This document shows, piece after piece, positions 1-10,603 of a stretch of DNA of 64,000 bases. The DNA is from an uncultured Planctomycetota bacterium. Lineage in GTDB: Bacteria; Planctomycetota; Planctomycetia; Pirellulales; Lacipirellulaceae. A program made the position numbers and the translations under genes. The stretch covers positions 1,952,001 to 2,016,000 of the forward strand of contig CAVRBU010000002.1 of assembly GCA_963719315.1 (NCBI GenBank), written 5' to 3'. Under the pieces are notes generated by a model. That model had not been told where the DNA came from. It was given only the letters and a program-made list of their open reading frames with translations, and ran no database searches. The number at the start of each line of letters is the position of its first letter. The first letter of the stretch is position 1.

Positions 1-825
1 GCTTGTTCCGGCGATCCGAATGTTCGTTTGCGATCAGTGGTGGTAGCATAAAAGTCACGGGCAGTGACGGGAATGTCGGGCGATTGACCGGCACAATCCG
101 GGCCAACGAATGTGGGGCAGTGTCCGAATTCGTTGATCGCCTGAACGAGGAATCGGACGGCGCGGCAATACGTCGCCTTAATGCAGGCGAACGACCGCGG
201 TTGATCCGCGCCGGCTGGAAGGCCGCGTCACAGTTTGTCGCCGCCTGCCTGCGGAGCAGCGGGATTCGCAGCGGTTGGACTGGGCTGCAAATCTCCGCAC
301 TCGAGGCCGCGTTCACTTGGGTTGAAGAGACCAAGCTCTACCAACTCGCGGGCGAGTTTCGCAGCGGAAACTCTTGCGGCGATGCCCAATTTGCCCTCGA
401 CGCCAAAACTTCCGACGAGCACATCTCGTCTGCTTCGCCCCGCGCGAAAGCGGCGTAGCAAAGCCGGTTGATATCTACTCGATCTGGGCCGATCGCCCGA
501 TTTCGCATTCTGTTCGGCGAAACGCCTCGCTCCCGTGAGGCACTCTCTTCCGGGAACCCCGGCTTTCACCGTTGCATTTTTGCAACGCTCTTCGGCCATT
601 CTGGCCCCCGATTTTAACGCCTGTATCGCTTCTGCTCCCATCTGGCGGCGTCGCAAACAGCACTATTTGTATGAACCGCACAATCGTCTGAATTCATTGA
701 CATTTAGCCAGTGTGACTAGCATGGAACTTGTACCCCAATTTGCCTACTCATCGCCGTTTCTCCTCTAAGTCGGAGCCGCTAGCAGCTCTGTTGCTCGCG
801 CCCGACGGATTTGGCACGAGCACCC

Positions 826-3207
826 ATGACGATCCGCTTGCTGAGCAGTCTCCGCCGTACTTTCTTCCCTGCGAATATCCAGCAGAACAAATCGCGTCGA
901 AATGGGCGCGGTTACCGGCGCACGCTGAGCATGGAGACGCTCGAAGGTCGGCAGATGCTGTCGATCACTCCCTTGCAAACGATCAACACGTCGCAGAACA
1001 CCGGCGAGAAGCCGCAGTCAAAGATATTCGAATACGCCGGCCAATGGTGGTCGGTGATGCCGAACTCATCGGGCACGTGGGTTTATCGGCTGGATGGAAC
1101 GAATTGGACCCCGACGCAGCAGATTACTACGAACAAGAGCGTTCACGCCGACGTGAAGTTGAACGGCGACTTGATTCACGTCCTTCTGTACAGCGGAACG
1201 AGCTCTCAAATTGCCACTTTGCAATACGATGCAGGCCCCGATAACCGCTTTGAACCGTGGTCGCTGCAACCGCAATTGGTCGATGTGCCGCTATCCAGCG
1301 GCGTGGAAACGGCCACGCTCGAAGTTGATTCGACGGGCCGGATGTGGATCGCATCTGATGCAAAGTCCACGGTGGAAGTTCGCTACAGCGACGGGCTATA
1401 CACAACCTGGAGCGCGCCGATCACGATCGCGACTGGTATCAGCACCGACGATATCTCGGCGATCATCGACATGCCAAACAACAAAATCGGCGTGTTCTGG
1501 TCGGATCAGAGCACTGACCGATTCGGTTTCCGTTTGCACAATGACGGTGCCGACCCCACCGCGTGGTCGGCTAACGAAGTTCCCGCTAGCCAATCGGCGG
1601 TCAGCGTGGGACATGGCATGGCCGACGACCACATGCACCTGGCCGTCGCCTCGGATGGTACGCTCTACGCCGCAGTGAAAACCAGTTACGACAAGTCGGG
1701 GTACCCGAAGATGGCTCTCTTGGTGCGCCGGCCAAACGGCACTTGGGATGACTTGTACGACATCGACGGCAACGGCACACGTCCTACCCTCGTTGTGGAC
1801 GAGGCGGCAGGACAACTTGTCATGGCCTACGAATCGAAGGAGGGCGGCGGTGACATCCTCTACCGCACGTCGCCACTCGGCACGATCAACTTGTCGCCGG
1901 TCCAGACGATGATCAGCGGAAGTCTGGCTAATGTCACCTCGACCAAAGTCACGACGACGGATGAAATCGTGTTCATGGCAAGTGGCAAAAGCGTGCTGTT
2001 CAGCTTCGATACATCCACGCCCAACCTGCCGCCCATTGTGAATGCCGGTCCGGATGGCACGGCCATCGCGGGCACGCCAATCACGCTGAATGGAACGGCG
2101 TCGGACGATGGGCAGCCGACGCCGTCGCTGCTCAGCACCGTGTGGTCCGTGATTTCTGGACCGGGCTCGGTCGCGTTCGGCAATAGTCTATTGGCCAGCA
2201 CCGCAGCCACGTTCGATGCTGCCGGCACCTACGTCTTGCAACTTCTGGCAAGCGACGGCCAGCTATCGCGTTCCGATCAAGTTACGATCGTCGTTTCCGG
2301 GGGAGGGGGCAGTCAAACGCCGCCGCCGACTGGGGGCGGCACGTCCGAACAGATTGCCTTCCAGAACGGCTTGTTCCCGAGCGTGAGCTACGCCGGCACG
2401 ATTGACACGATGATATCGAGCAAAAAATCAACCACGAACTACGGCACCAGCACTAAGTTGAGCATGGACGGCAGCCCAGATGTGGCAGGACTATTCAAAT
2501 GGGACGTATCGGCGATCCCCGCCGGCAGCGTCGTGGAGTCGGTCACGATCGAGCTGAACCTGACGAGTAAGAGCAAGGATAGCTACGAGGTTTACGCGCT
2601 CGAGCGAGCGTGGGACGAAATCTCCGCCACCTGGCAGCAATACGCGGCTGGAAGTAGCTGGGCTGGGGCTGGCGCCTCCGGCGGCGGCGACCAAGGCTCC
2701 GCCGTTCTGGGCCAGTTGGGAGCGGCCGGCAAAGGCATTTATAGCATCAACTTAAACGATGCTGGCGTGGCCGCCGTTCAGCAGTGGGTCAACGACGCAA
2801 ACCAGAACCATGGAATCATCATCGAGGATTTTGCGGCATCGAAAGCGACAAAAGTCAGCTCCAGCGAAACGAAAAATGCGGCTCAGCGGCCAAAGCTGAT
2901 CATCAACTTAAAGACCCCACAACCCGCCAACGTGGCGCCGACGGTCGATGTCGGAACTGACTTGGTGGCCCAAATTGGACAGCCGCGACCGATCGGAGCA
3001 GTTGTCGGCGACGATGGCTTACCTAGCGGTGCTTTGCTGACCGCTCTTTGGACCAAAAACTCCGGCCCGGGAATTGCAACGTTCGGCGATGACCATGCCG
3101 TCAACACATCGGTTATGTTCAGCGACCCCGGCACTTATGTCCTGAGACTCACCGTCAGCGATACTTTGCTCACTGGCTTCGACGAATTAACTATCTCTGT
3201 GATCTAA
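826..3207 (+). CDS. Secreted planctomycete extracellular protein: Planc_extracel motif, putative beta-propeller region, PKD/K319L-like Ig repeats and a DNRLRE-like domain
   Basis: N-terminal 'LSMETLEGRQMLS' motif. Two 'N-PP-V-AG-D...W...SGPG...F...GTYVL-L--SD' Ig-like repeats. 'GLFKWDVSAIP...W-E--ATW...RPKLII' region is DNRLRE-like. ATG 826 chosen over TTG 811. Confidence 0.75.
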   Translation: MTIRLLSSLRRTFFPANIQQNKSRRNGRGYRRTLSMETLEGRQMLSITPLQTINTSQNTGEKPQSKIFEYAGQWWSVMPNSSGTWVYRLDGTNWTPTQQITTNKSVHADVKLNGDLIHVLLYSGTSSQIATLQYDAGPDNRFEPWSLQPQLVDVPLSSGVETATLEVDSTGRMWIASDAKSTVEVRYSDGLYTTWSAPITIATGISTDDISAIIDMPNNKIGVFWSDQSTDRFGFRLHNDGADPTAWSANEVPASQSAVSVGHGMADDHMHLAVASDGTLYAAVKTSYDKSGYPKMALLVRRPNGTWDDLYDIDGNGTRPTLVVDEAAGQLVMAYESKEGGGDILYRTSPLGTINLSPVQTMISGSLANVTSTKVTTTDEIVFMASGKSVLFSFDTSTPNLPPIVNAGPDGTAIAGTPITLNGTASDDGQPTPSLLSTVWSVISGPGSVAFGNSLLASTAATFDAAGTYVLQLLASDGQLSRSDQVTIVVSGGGGSQTPPPTGGGTSEQIAFQNGLFPSVSYAGTIDTMISSKKSTTNYGTSTKLSMDGSPDVAGLFKWDVSAIPAGSVVESVTIELNLTSKSKDSYEVYALERAWDEISATWQQYAAGSSWAGAGASGGGDQGSAVLGQLGAAGKGIYSINLNDAGVAAVQQWVNDANQNHGIIIEDFAASKATKVSSSETKNAAQRPKLIINLKTPQPANVAPTVDVGTDLVAQIGQPRPIGAVVGDDGLPSGALLTALWTKNSGPGIATFGDDHAVNTSVMFSDPGTYVLRLTVSDTLLTGFDELTISVI

Positions 3208-3391
3208 GAATTCGTCGGATAGTAATGGGCACGTTCCGCGCGACGTAAACCAAGCACTGGCCAATGGAGCGGTGATTTCTATTTGTTCCGAATAAACCAG
3301 CAACGCAGGGTGCGTTTCGTTCTCCTAATGTCCCGGTCGCGGCGGTTCCGAAACTCATAAGGTGACAGTTGCCCCAACGGAACGGAGCGCC

Positions 3392-4270
3392 ATGGCGCCG
3401 CCTTGCAACAATGCGCTGATCCTGTGCGCGGGGCTGCAGAGTAGCGGCACGACACTCGTTTCGTATTGCTTTCTGCAACGCGCCGATACGGACGGCGTGC
3501 TTGACGCCGACAACGACCTGTTGCCCACGATCGACCCCGACTTGGCGCGACCATTCGCGTGGTACAAGTCGACGATCAGTTGCTTCCGGTTGAGCGAGTT
3601 CGCCCAGCACTACCGCGACGAAGGGTGGGACGTGCGAACGCTGCTGGTGCTGCGAGATCTGCGGGAGGTTTGGGCTTCACTGCGTAACAAGTCGTATGGA
3701 CGCAACGGCATCACCGCCGAGGATCCACCGCTGCGGCTACGCGTACGGAGGTTTATCGACGATTGGCGCAGCACGCGCGCAGCGGCGGCGCGACACTGCG
3801 CTACGAGGATTTCGTCGCATCGCCGACGGCCACTCTTCAGCGGACGTGTATTAAGTTGGGTTTGCCGTGGGACGTTCTCGATGCTCACATGGCCCAAGCC
3901 GCAGGAGCGGATCGCCGATCGAAAAAACGGCAACGGTTCGTTCTGGAACAATCGCGATGCAAATCTAATGTTATCACTTAGGCGGTTTCGCGAGCAACGA
4001 GGTCAGCCGCGGTTGCCGGCCGACGACTTGCATTGGCTGGAAACCGAGTTTCGGGACTACAACGAAGCGAATTGCTATCCGTTGTCTCTCGACATCGCGG
4101 CAGAAACCGCCCCCACGCTTGACGGTGCTGGTCTCGACGGCCCGAGCTTCGAAGTTACGCGGCGGTACAAATGGGAAACGGCCCAAAGACCGTTTCGCTG
4201 GTTGCTCGCGCAGTTTGGGCGGAAGAACTCGACGTTGATTGACCGGCGATCATGGAAGCGGGCAGCGTAA
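3392..4270 (+). CDS. Sulfotransferase family protein with two compensating frameshifts at about 3780 and 3878
   Basis: PAPS-binding-like 'AGLQSSGTTLV' and 'LRDLREVWAS'. The expected 'LRYEDFV...LGLPWD' segment lies in the alternative frame (ORF 3763-3981). GGAG precedes ATG 3392. Confidence 0.7.
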   Translation: MAPPCNNALILCAGLQSSGTTLVSYCFLQRADTDGVLDADNDLLPTIDPDLARPFAWYKSTISCFRLSEFAQHYRDEGWDVRTLLVLRDLREVWASLRNKSYGRNGITAEDPPLRLRVRRFIDDWRSTRAAAARHCATRISSHRRRPLFSGRVLSWVCRGTFSMLTWPKPQERIADRKNGNGSFWNNRDANLMLSLRRFREQRGQPRLPADDLHWLETEFRDYNEANCYPLSLDIAAETAPTLDGAGLDGPSFEVTRRYKWETAQRPFRWLLAQFGRKNSTLIDRRSWKRAA

Positions 4271-4273
4271 ACC

Positions 4274-5437
4274 ATGCGAGTCGGCATTGTCATCGATGAT
4301 CTCGATCGGCGCCGCGGTGGCTTGAGCGAATGGTGTTGGCAGTTCGTCGCCGCGGCAGCTAAACGCGGATACGAACTTCACGTTGTGGCACAAGGATTCG
4401 GTACGGAACCCCTGCCTGCCCGCGTATCGCGCCATAAGATCGACCGTACGAAGTCTCGCCTGGCTTTCGCCGAAAATGCCGAGCGGCTAGTTCGCGAGCT
4501 CAAATTGGATGTTGTTCATGACACCGGCCTGGGCTGGCATTTTGATTTTTTTCAGCCACATGGTGGTTCCTATACGGCTTGGCTTGGGCGGCGGCTGGAC
4601 ATTTACCCTAGCTGGTACCGTGCTGCGAAGCGGTATATCGATGCATTGCTGCCGCGACATCAGGACTTCGCGCGTCACTGGCGGCGTCAACAGGCGGCGG
4701 CCTCACGCTCCGATAAAACGCTGATCGCGATTTCGAACATGGTGGCGGATGACTACTCTCGGTTGCCGGGAATCCGCCCGGAGCAAATCGCGGTGATCCA
4801 CAACGGCGTCGATTGCCAACGATTCTCACCCGACCACCGGGTTCTCCACCGAACCATCGTGCGTCAACGGCTAGGAGTTCAGGACGGCACACTGCTGCTG
4901 TTATTGGCGGCACACAATTTTCGGCTCAAGGGCGTGTCCGAACTACTGCGGGTGGCGGGTCAACTGGCTGCTAACGGGCATCCCGTTCACGTTGCGATCG
5001 CCGGCGGCAAACGTCTGGATAGTTGGCGGCAAGTTGCCGCTCGCGCTGGCCTTCAGAGTCGCGCTACGTTCCTTGGAACCGTGGCGGACATGGTCCCGTT
5101 CTATGCGGCGGCAGACGCTTATATCCAACCGACGTATTATGACCCGTGCAGCCTCGTGCTACTGGAAGCCGCGGCTTCCGGTCTGCCGATCGTGACGACG
5201 CGACGTTTCAACGGGGCGGTTGAGTTGTTTCGCCAGGGTGATGAGATTTTGACCGTCGAGGATCCACTGGCAGAAGATGCACTCTACGAGTACGTGGAAG
5301 CACTCTTCGACGAGCGATTCCGCGTGCGACTCGGCTATGCGGCACGAAAGGTCGCCTTGCGGAACCCAAAAGATCGCAATGTCACTGAGATTTTGCGACT
5401 CTACAATCTCCGCACAGGACGAAGCGCGGCAGCGTAA
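4274..5437 (+). CDS. Glycosyltransferase family 4 (GT-B)
   Basis: 'IHNGVD', 'KG', 'YAAADAYIQPTYYDPCSLVLLEAAASGLPIV' motifs. Starts 3 nt after the sulfotransferase stop. Confidence 0.9.
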   Translation: MRVGIVIDDLDRRRGGLSEWCWQFVAAAAKRGYELHVVAQGFGTEPLPARVSRHKIDRTKSRLAFAENAERLVRELKLDVVHDTGLGWHFDFFQPHGGSYTAWLGRRLDIYPSWYRAAKRYIDALLPRHQDFARHWRRQQAAASRSDKTLIAISNMVADDYSRLPGIRPEQIAVIHNGVDCQRFSPDHRVLHRTIVRQRLGVQDGTLLLLLAAHNFRLKGVSELLRVAGQLAANGHPVHVAIAGGKRLDSWRQVAARAGLQSRATFLGTVADMVPFYAAADAYIQPTYYDPCSLVLLEAAASGLPIVTTRRFNGAVELFRQGDEILTVEDPLAEDALYEYVEALFDERFRVRLGYAARKVALRNPKDRNVTEILRLYNLRTGRSAAA

Positions 5438-5488
5438 TGAAACAGAGTGGTACGCGGCGGCCATTGTCCGGCGGTCAATTCGTGCAAT

Positions 5489-8413
5489 CTAGGTGATATC
5501 TAGATTATCAAATCTCGAGTTGGCATTAATGGTGCCGACGCCTACCGTGCCCGTTCCCAAATTTGAGAACGTACGGCTAACGACAGTCGCGCCAGAAGTA
5601 ATCGTAACCAGCTTGGTGGTGCGGTTAATGCTCAGGCTCAGCGGAATCGTCGTATTCGGCAGTGCCGGGAACGCCTTTTGAGCCAGGTACGAAACCTTTC
5701 CATTCACGACCTGGCCGATAATTAGCTTGTCGATGATTTCAAAAACGCCCGCAAACTTGTAGTTGGTTGGCGACACATAATCGAACACGATCACCGCATT
5801 GCTCCACAGCGATGAGCCGTTGCCGCCGCCGGTGCTGACGTTGACGTTCACATTCGTCACGTTGGCGGCCGTGGCCGGATTGACGAAGTCCACCGTTGCC
5901 ACAGGGCGACTGTTCACCGTCGGCCGGGTAGCGACGTAACTGGCCGCGCCATTGATCGGATTCGTTGTCGTGGTCGTAAAGGCGGGCGACTTCTCCACAA
6001 TCCGCGCGTCTACCGTGCCTTCGAAGTTTTCGTTGAAGGGAAGCTCCGAGTTCGTAACTGCGATATTGAAGTCGTCGGTGGCCGTACCGCCCTGGCCGTC
6101 GGCGGCAGTGACTCGAACGGAAATGGTGCCGATATCGCCGGCTGCGGGCGTACCGGTGAACGTGCGCGTGGCCGGGTTAAAGCTTAACCAGGCCGGCAAT
6201 GCGCCGCCGCCGGTGAGGGTAGCGCTGTAAGTCAGCGGGTCGCCGTTGGGATCGGTAAACGTGTTGGCTGCGAATGTAAAATTAAATGGTACGCTGACCG
6301 TTGCATTCTGGTCCGGAATGGCGTTGGCGAGCGTCGGCGGTGGATTGGAAGCGACTGTCAGAACGAAATCATCGAAGACCGTGCCGCCTTTGCCGTCACT
6401 TGCCGTTACCCGAACCGTGATGGGGCCAATATCGGCGGCGGTTGGCACGCCGACGAATGTTCGCCCGTTGCTCCCTTGCGTAAACGTCAACCAGGCAGGC
6501 AGTGCGCCGGCGGGGCTCAACGTGGCAGTGTAGGTCAACGGGTCGCCATCGGGATCGGTGAACGCGTTGGCCGCAAAAGTGAAGACGAATGGGACGCCAA
6601 CGAACGCCGTCTGGTCGGGAATCGCATTGGCCACAACGGGCGCCGCGTTGACCGGTACGATTTGAAACTCAAACGCACCCATGTCCACCTTGCCACCAAA
6701 AATCCGCACGAACGGCAACCCGCGCTGATCGCCCTGGTTCGGACTTACTACCAGAGAATTCTTTCCCTTGTTGATGACGAGGCTGTCTGCCTTCAGCTCA
6801 ATCGTTTGCGTTGGTCCTCCGTTATCGGTCAACGTGCCGCCGCCAGCACCAAAAGCCTGCGCCAACGTAATAGGCGTAGCACCTGTGCCGATAAAATTTC
6901 CGGAGCCATTTTGCGAACCTGGAGCGGCGGGCGCGCCTCCCACTCCAACAACACCCGTGTTGTCCCCGATCAAGCTGAATTTAACCTTGCTACCAACTGG
7001 AACTGCCAAATCGGGATTGCCGTTGCCGCTGTCGGTGTTTCCGGCGACGATCGAGTTTCGCATCGTAAACACTGTCGTTGCGTAAATGCCGCCGCCGATG
7101 CCGGTGCCGCCGGCAGTCGAGTCGGCCAAATTGTTTGCAACGGTCGAATTTTGAAGGGATACGTTAGAGGCATAAACGCCGCCTCCACCGTCCTCGGCTT
7201 GATTTCCCGAAACCGTGCTGTTCTGGAGGACAACCTTATTTGATGCATAGATGCCGCCGCCGTACCCAGTGTTCCCGTTAGTCCCGGTGGCTTGATTTCC
7301 GGAAATCGTGCTACTTAGTACGGTGACGTTACGCGAGTAAATGCCGCCGCCATCATCAGCGGCCGTATTGCCGGGGCCGGCGGGCGACGCGCCAACCGTG
7401 CTGTTTTGGAGGTTCACGCTCTGGGAGGAAAAGATACCACCGCCATCATCGCCGGCCGTATTCCCAGAAACGGTGCTGAATTTGAGGGTCACGTTGCCCG
7501 AGGCATAGATGCCGCCGCCATCGGCACTAGTGGCTTCATTTCCAGCTACCGTGCTGTTCAGCAAGTCAACGGCACTCGTCGAGTAAATGCCGCCGCCGTA
7601 GCTCCCGGCCTTATTTCCAGCGCCCGCAGGGCCCCCAACCGTACTGTTCTCCAAGCTAACGGTGCCATAGGCAAAGATGCCGCCGCCGCTAAAACCGACG
7701 CCGGCCGTGTTTCCTGAAACCGTGCTGTTCTTAAGCGTCACGCTCGCATTGCTGTCGTAGACGAAGATTCCGCCGCCGCCGGCAACGGCTGTGTTTCCAA
7801 GCGCCCCGACTCCGCCGACGGTCGTGTTCGTGAGGACCAAATCGCCGTAGCTGTAAATTCCGCCACCGAAACCGGCAGCGTTTCCGGTAATCACACTATC
7901 GGCAACCGTGAGCGTTCCAAAGTCGAAAGAATTAATGGCGCCGCCGCCAAAACCTGCGGCCACATTTCCGCCCGTCAGCGTGAGGCCTTTGAATGTTACA
8001 TCGCCGACTTCGTCCGTGATGTTGAAAATGCGAGATGCACCGGCCGCGTTGATCGTCAGATTCGTCGCGCCCGGGCCATTAATCGTTACCGCATCAGTGA
8101 TTGTTAGCTGAGTTCCACCCAGGGTAATCGTGCCGTTTAAGCCCGGCGCAAACTGAATCGTGTCCGCGCCGGAGCCCGTGTCGCCGAGGTCGGTGGCCGT
8201 GTCGGTGTTTGAGGCGATGATCGCTTCGCGAAGCGTCACAAGGCCATCAGCAGCCGTCACGTCGGTCAAGGTGTTGACTGTCAGCACGGCCAACACTCGC
8301 CGCTGTTCCAACTCTTCGAAGAGTGGTCGTCGACCGCGCGATTTGCGAGTGCGAATTTGCTTGGGCCTGCGCTGCTCAGAACGCCCGTTGCCGCCGAAAA
8401 ATGACCATGCCAT
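5489..8413 (-). CDS. Large secreted adhesin-like protein: Planc_extracel motif, CSLREA-like start, Pmp-like beta-helix repeats, choice-of-anchor Q region and two putative Ig (He_PIG) domains
   Basis: 'FEELEQRRVLA', 'VTLREAI', repeated 'STVSGN-A...GGGIY', 'DNGGPTQT...DQRG...VDMGAFE' and two 'FTDPDGDPLTY-ATL...LPAWL-F' repeats. Confidence 0.85.
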   Translation of the reverse strand: MAWSFFGGNGRSEQRRPKQIRTRKSRGRRPLFEELEQRRVLAVLTVNTLTDVTAADGLVTLREAIIASNTDTATDLGDTGSGADTIQFAPGLNGTITLGGTQLTITDAVTINGPGATNLTINAAGASRIFNITDEVGDVTFKGLTLTGGNVAAGFGGGAINSFDFGTLTVADSVITGNAAGFGGGIYSYGDLVLTNTTVGGVGALGNTAVAGGGGIFVYDSNASVTLKNSTVSGNTAGVGFSGGGIFAYGTVSLENSTVGGPAGAGNKAGSYGGGIYSTSAVDLLNSTVAGNEATSADGGGIYASGNVTLKFSTVSGNTAGDDGGGIFSSQSVNLQNSTVGASPAGPGNTAADDGGGIYSRNVTVLSSTISGNQATGTNGNTGYGGGIYASNKVVLQNSTVSGNQAEDGGGGVYASNVSLQNSTVANNLADSTAGGTGIGGGIYATTVFTMRNSIVAGNTDSGNGNPDLAVPVGSKVKFSLIGDNTGVVGVGGAPAAPGSQNGSGNFIGTGATPITLAQAFGAGGGTLTDNGGPTQTIELKADSLVINKGKNSLVVSPNQGDQRGLPFVRIFGGKVDMGAFEFQIVPVNAAPVVANAIPDQTAFVGVPFVFTFAANAFTDPDGDPLTYTATLSPAGALPAWLTFTQGSNGRTFVGVPTAADIGPITVRVTASDGKGGTVFDDFVLTVASNPPPTLANAIPDQNATVSVPFNFTFAANTFTDPNGDPLTYSATLTGGGALPAWLSFNPATRTFTGTPAAGDIGTISVRVTAADGQGGTATDDFNIAVTNSELPFNENFEGTVDARIVEKSPAFTTTTTNPINGAASYVATRPTVNSRPVATVDFVNPATAANVTNVNVNVSTGGGNGSSLWSNAVIVFDYVSPTNYKFAGVFEIIDKLIIGQVVNGKVSYLAQKAFPALPNTTIPLSLSINRTTKLVTITSGATVVSRTFSNLGTGTVGVGTINANSRFDNLDIT

Positions 8414-8905
8414 GGTGTCCCGTCCCGGATGCGATTGTGGATGCAAAACCAGACGTTGCCGAGAGCCAAAACGCAACCCATGATCCTACCACGGAACACT
8501 GTGGCGTCAATGTACGACGGTTGGGGGGAGATCCCGCCGGGAAGAATTTCCGGGGAAAATGCTATCGATTTTCGAGAAAGATCCACAAGTGCTTCTCACG
8601 GGACCACCAAAATGAGGTTTTGGCACAAGAGGAAAAGCAGCCGACGCCCGGCGTTCGGCAGCGGTTGCGATGAGTACGTCTGTTCCGTAGGAAAGTCCAC
8701 CTCCGCTCCGAAATTTGCAAGCAAGTCGGCCGTCGCCAAACGCACCCGCGTGGAACGCTGATCTATGTGCCACGGGATGAACAATCCGTCGCGCATGAAT
8801 CGTGACCCCACGCGCAGTGCGGAAACGAGAATTTCGCATCCTTTGATTGTAAGGTGAAGGAAGCGGGATACCCACTCGTTGATTGTCATCCCGTGGCCGA
8901 ATACG

Positions 8906-10603
8906 ATGAGCAGCATGTCTTCAGGCTATCTCGCCATTGATTTGGGCGCCGAATCGGGTCGGGTGATCGTCGGCATTTTGGACGACGACTTCCTGCGACT
9001 GGAAGAGGCACACCGTTTTTTTCACGAGCCCGTTTGGCTGCCGACGGGTCTGCACTGGAATATCACCGGCATCTGGCGCGAAATTGTGGTTGGATTGCGG
9101 CGTGCTGGCGAATGGGCAAAAGTGAATGGGGTGGAACTCGTATCAGTCGGTGTCGATGCGTGGGGTGTCGATTGGGCCCTGTTGGATAAAGCCGGTGAGC
9201 TTGTCGGCTTGCCCCATACGTATCGCGATCCGCGCAACGCGGCGGCATATGACTCCGTTGTCGCCAAACTCGGCGCTGAACGCATCTATCAGGTGACCGG
9301 CATCCAGTTCATGCCGCTCAATTCCCTGTATTCTCTTTACGCGCAATGGCTGGCCGATCCGGGAGCGCTTGCTGCGGCCGACCGCTTGTTGTTCATCCCC
9401 GATTTGCTGCACTACTGGCTCAGCGGTGAGCAAACGATTGAAGCCACGATCGCTTCGACGAGCCAAATGATTGACTGCCACACGGGCGAGTGGGCCCGCG
9501 ATATGCTTGGTGACCTTGGTTTGCCGACCAACATTTTAGTCCCAACGACGAAGCCCGGCACACCTATCGGCACGCTTCGTCCGCAGTTAGCCGAGGATAC
9601 CGGCCTATCGCCAAAGGTGCGCGTCGTGGCGCCGGCCGCCCACGACACCGCCAGCGCAGTCGCCGCCGTTCCCGCTTTGCCGGCTGGGTCTGCTGGCAAC
9701 TGGTGCTACTTGTCGAGTGGTACATGGTCGCTTCTCGGCGCTGAGATCGATCAACCATGCATATCGAAGGCGGCCCAAGCAGCGTCGTTCACCAATGAAC
9801 TCGGAGTAAATGGCAAGTTTCGATTTTTAAAAAACATTGCCGGTCTGTGGCTTGTGCAAGAGTGCCGACGAGATTTGGCCAAACAGGGCCATGAATTGGA
9901 TTACGCGGCGCTCACGAAGTTTGCCGAGGCGGCTCCGCCGCTTCGCACTCTCGTCGACCCGAACCATCTGTCGTTTCAAATGCCGGGCCGAATGTTGCAG
10001 AAGATGGGCGAATTCGCCCGGGCCACGAATCAGCCCGCTCCCGAGTCGCCAGGCGAGTTTGTTCGCGCCGCGATGGAAAGCCTCGCTCTCGCATACCGCG
10101 AAAAGATCGACGTGCTGGAAAACATTCTCAACCGGCGATTTGAAGTGATTCACGTCGTTGGCGGCGGCGGCAAGAATGCGCTCTTGTCGCAGATGACCGC
10201 CGACGCCACAGAACGGCGCGTCGTCGTCGGCCCTTATGAAGCCACTGCTATGGGCAACGCACTCGTGCAAGCAATGGCGATCGGCCAGGTCCGCGACCTG
10301 CCCCACTTGCGACGCATTGTCGCCGCTTCAAACGAGTTGACGGTTTACGAACCATCTGCTGGCGCTGATTGGGATGCGCCTTTGCGGGGTTCCGCAAATT
10401 GGCTTCGGCAAGTGTTGGTTGACCGGTCGGGATTACGTCTCAATAATATAAGATTACGAGGCGAATATGTTGCAGTTGTCGCAGCGCCCCGCTTCGACTC
10501 ATCACAAATTGTTGCAGCCAGGCGGCTGAACCGGGTGAGCCCACATGCTCGACCATCTGTTGATATGGGTGAATGGTCGCCGCCACGAGGTGCGTGGCCG
10601 TGA
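8906..10603 (+). CDS. rhaB: Rhamnulokinase (FGGY carbohydrate kinase). The C-terminal extension overlapping xdhA is probably a frameshift artefact; true end is likely near 10400.
   Basis: 'LAIDLGAESGR', 'DAWGVD', 'HDTASAV', 'SSGTWSL', 'FTNE', 'LKNIAGLWLVQE', 'EATAMGN'. Confidence 0.88.
   Translation: MSSMSSGYLAIDLGAESGRVIVGILDDDFLRLEEAHRFFHEPVWLPTGLHWNITGIWREIVVGLRRAGEWAKVNGVELVSVGVDAWGVDWALLDKAGELVGLPHTYRDPRNAAAYDSVVAKLGAERIYQVTGIQFMPLNSLYSLYAQWLADPGALAAADRLLFIPDLLHYWLSGEQTIEATIASTSQMIDCHTGEWARDMLGDLGLPTNILVPTTKPGTPIGTLRPQLAEDTGLSPKVRVVAPAAHDTASAVAAVPALPAGSAGNWCYLSSGTWSLLGAEIDQPCISKAAQAASFTNELGVNGKFRFLKNIAGLWLVQECRRDLAKQGHELDYAALTKFAEAAPPLRTLVDPNHLSFQMPGRMLQKMGEFARATNQPAPESPGEFVRAAMESLALAYREKIDVLENILNRRFEVIHVVGGGGKNALLSQMTADATERRVVVGPYEATAMGNALVQAMAIGQVRDLPHLRRIVAASNELTVYEPSAGADWDAPLRGSANWLRQVLVDRSGLRLNNIRLRGEYVAVVAAPRFDSSQIVAARRLNRVSPHARPSVDMGEWSPPRGAWP

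Noticed and set aside
3..720. ORFs 3-458, 228-656 and neighbours
   Set aside because: No recognisable motifs or SD, and several overlapping frames of similar weak quality. More likely a regulatory region, possibly with a minus-strand gene starting near 49 and leaving the window.
6060..6650. Direct repeat of about 295 bp inside the adhesin gene
   Set aside because: Explained by tandem He_PIG/Ig domain duplication, not a mobile or regulatory repeat.
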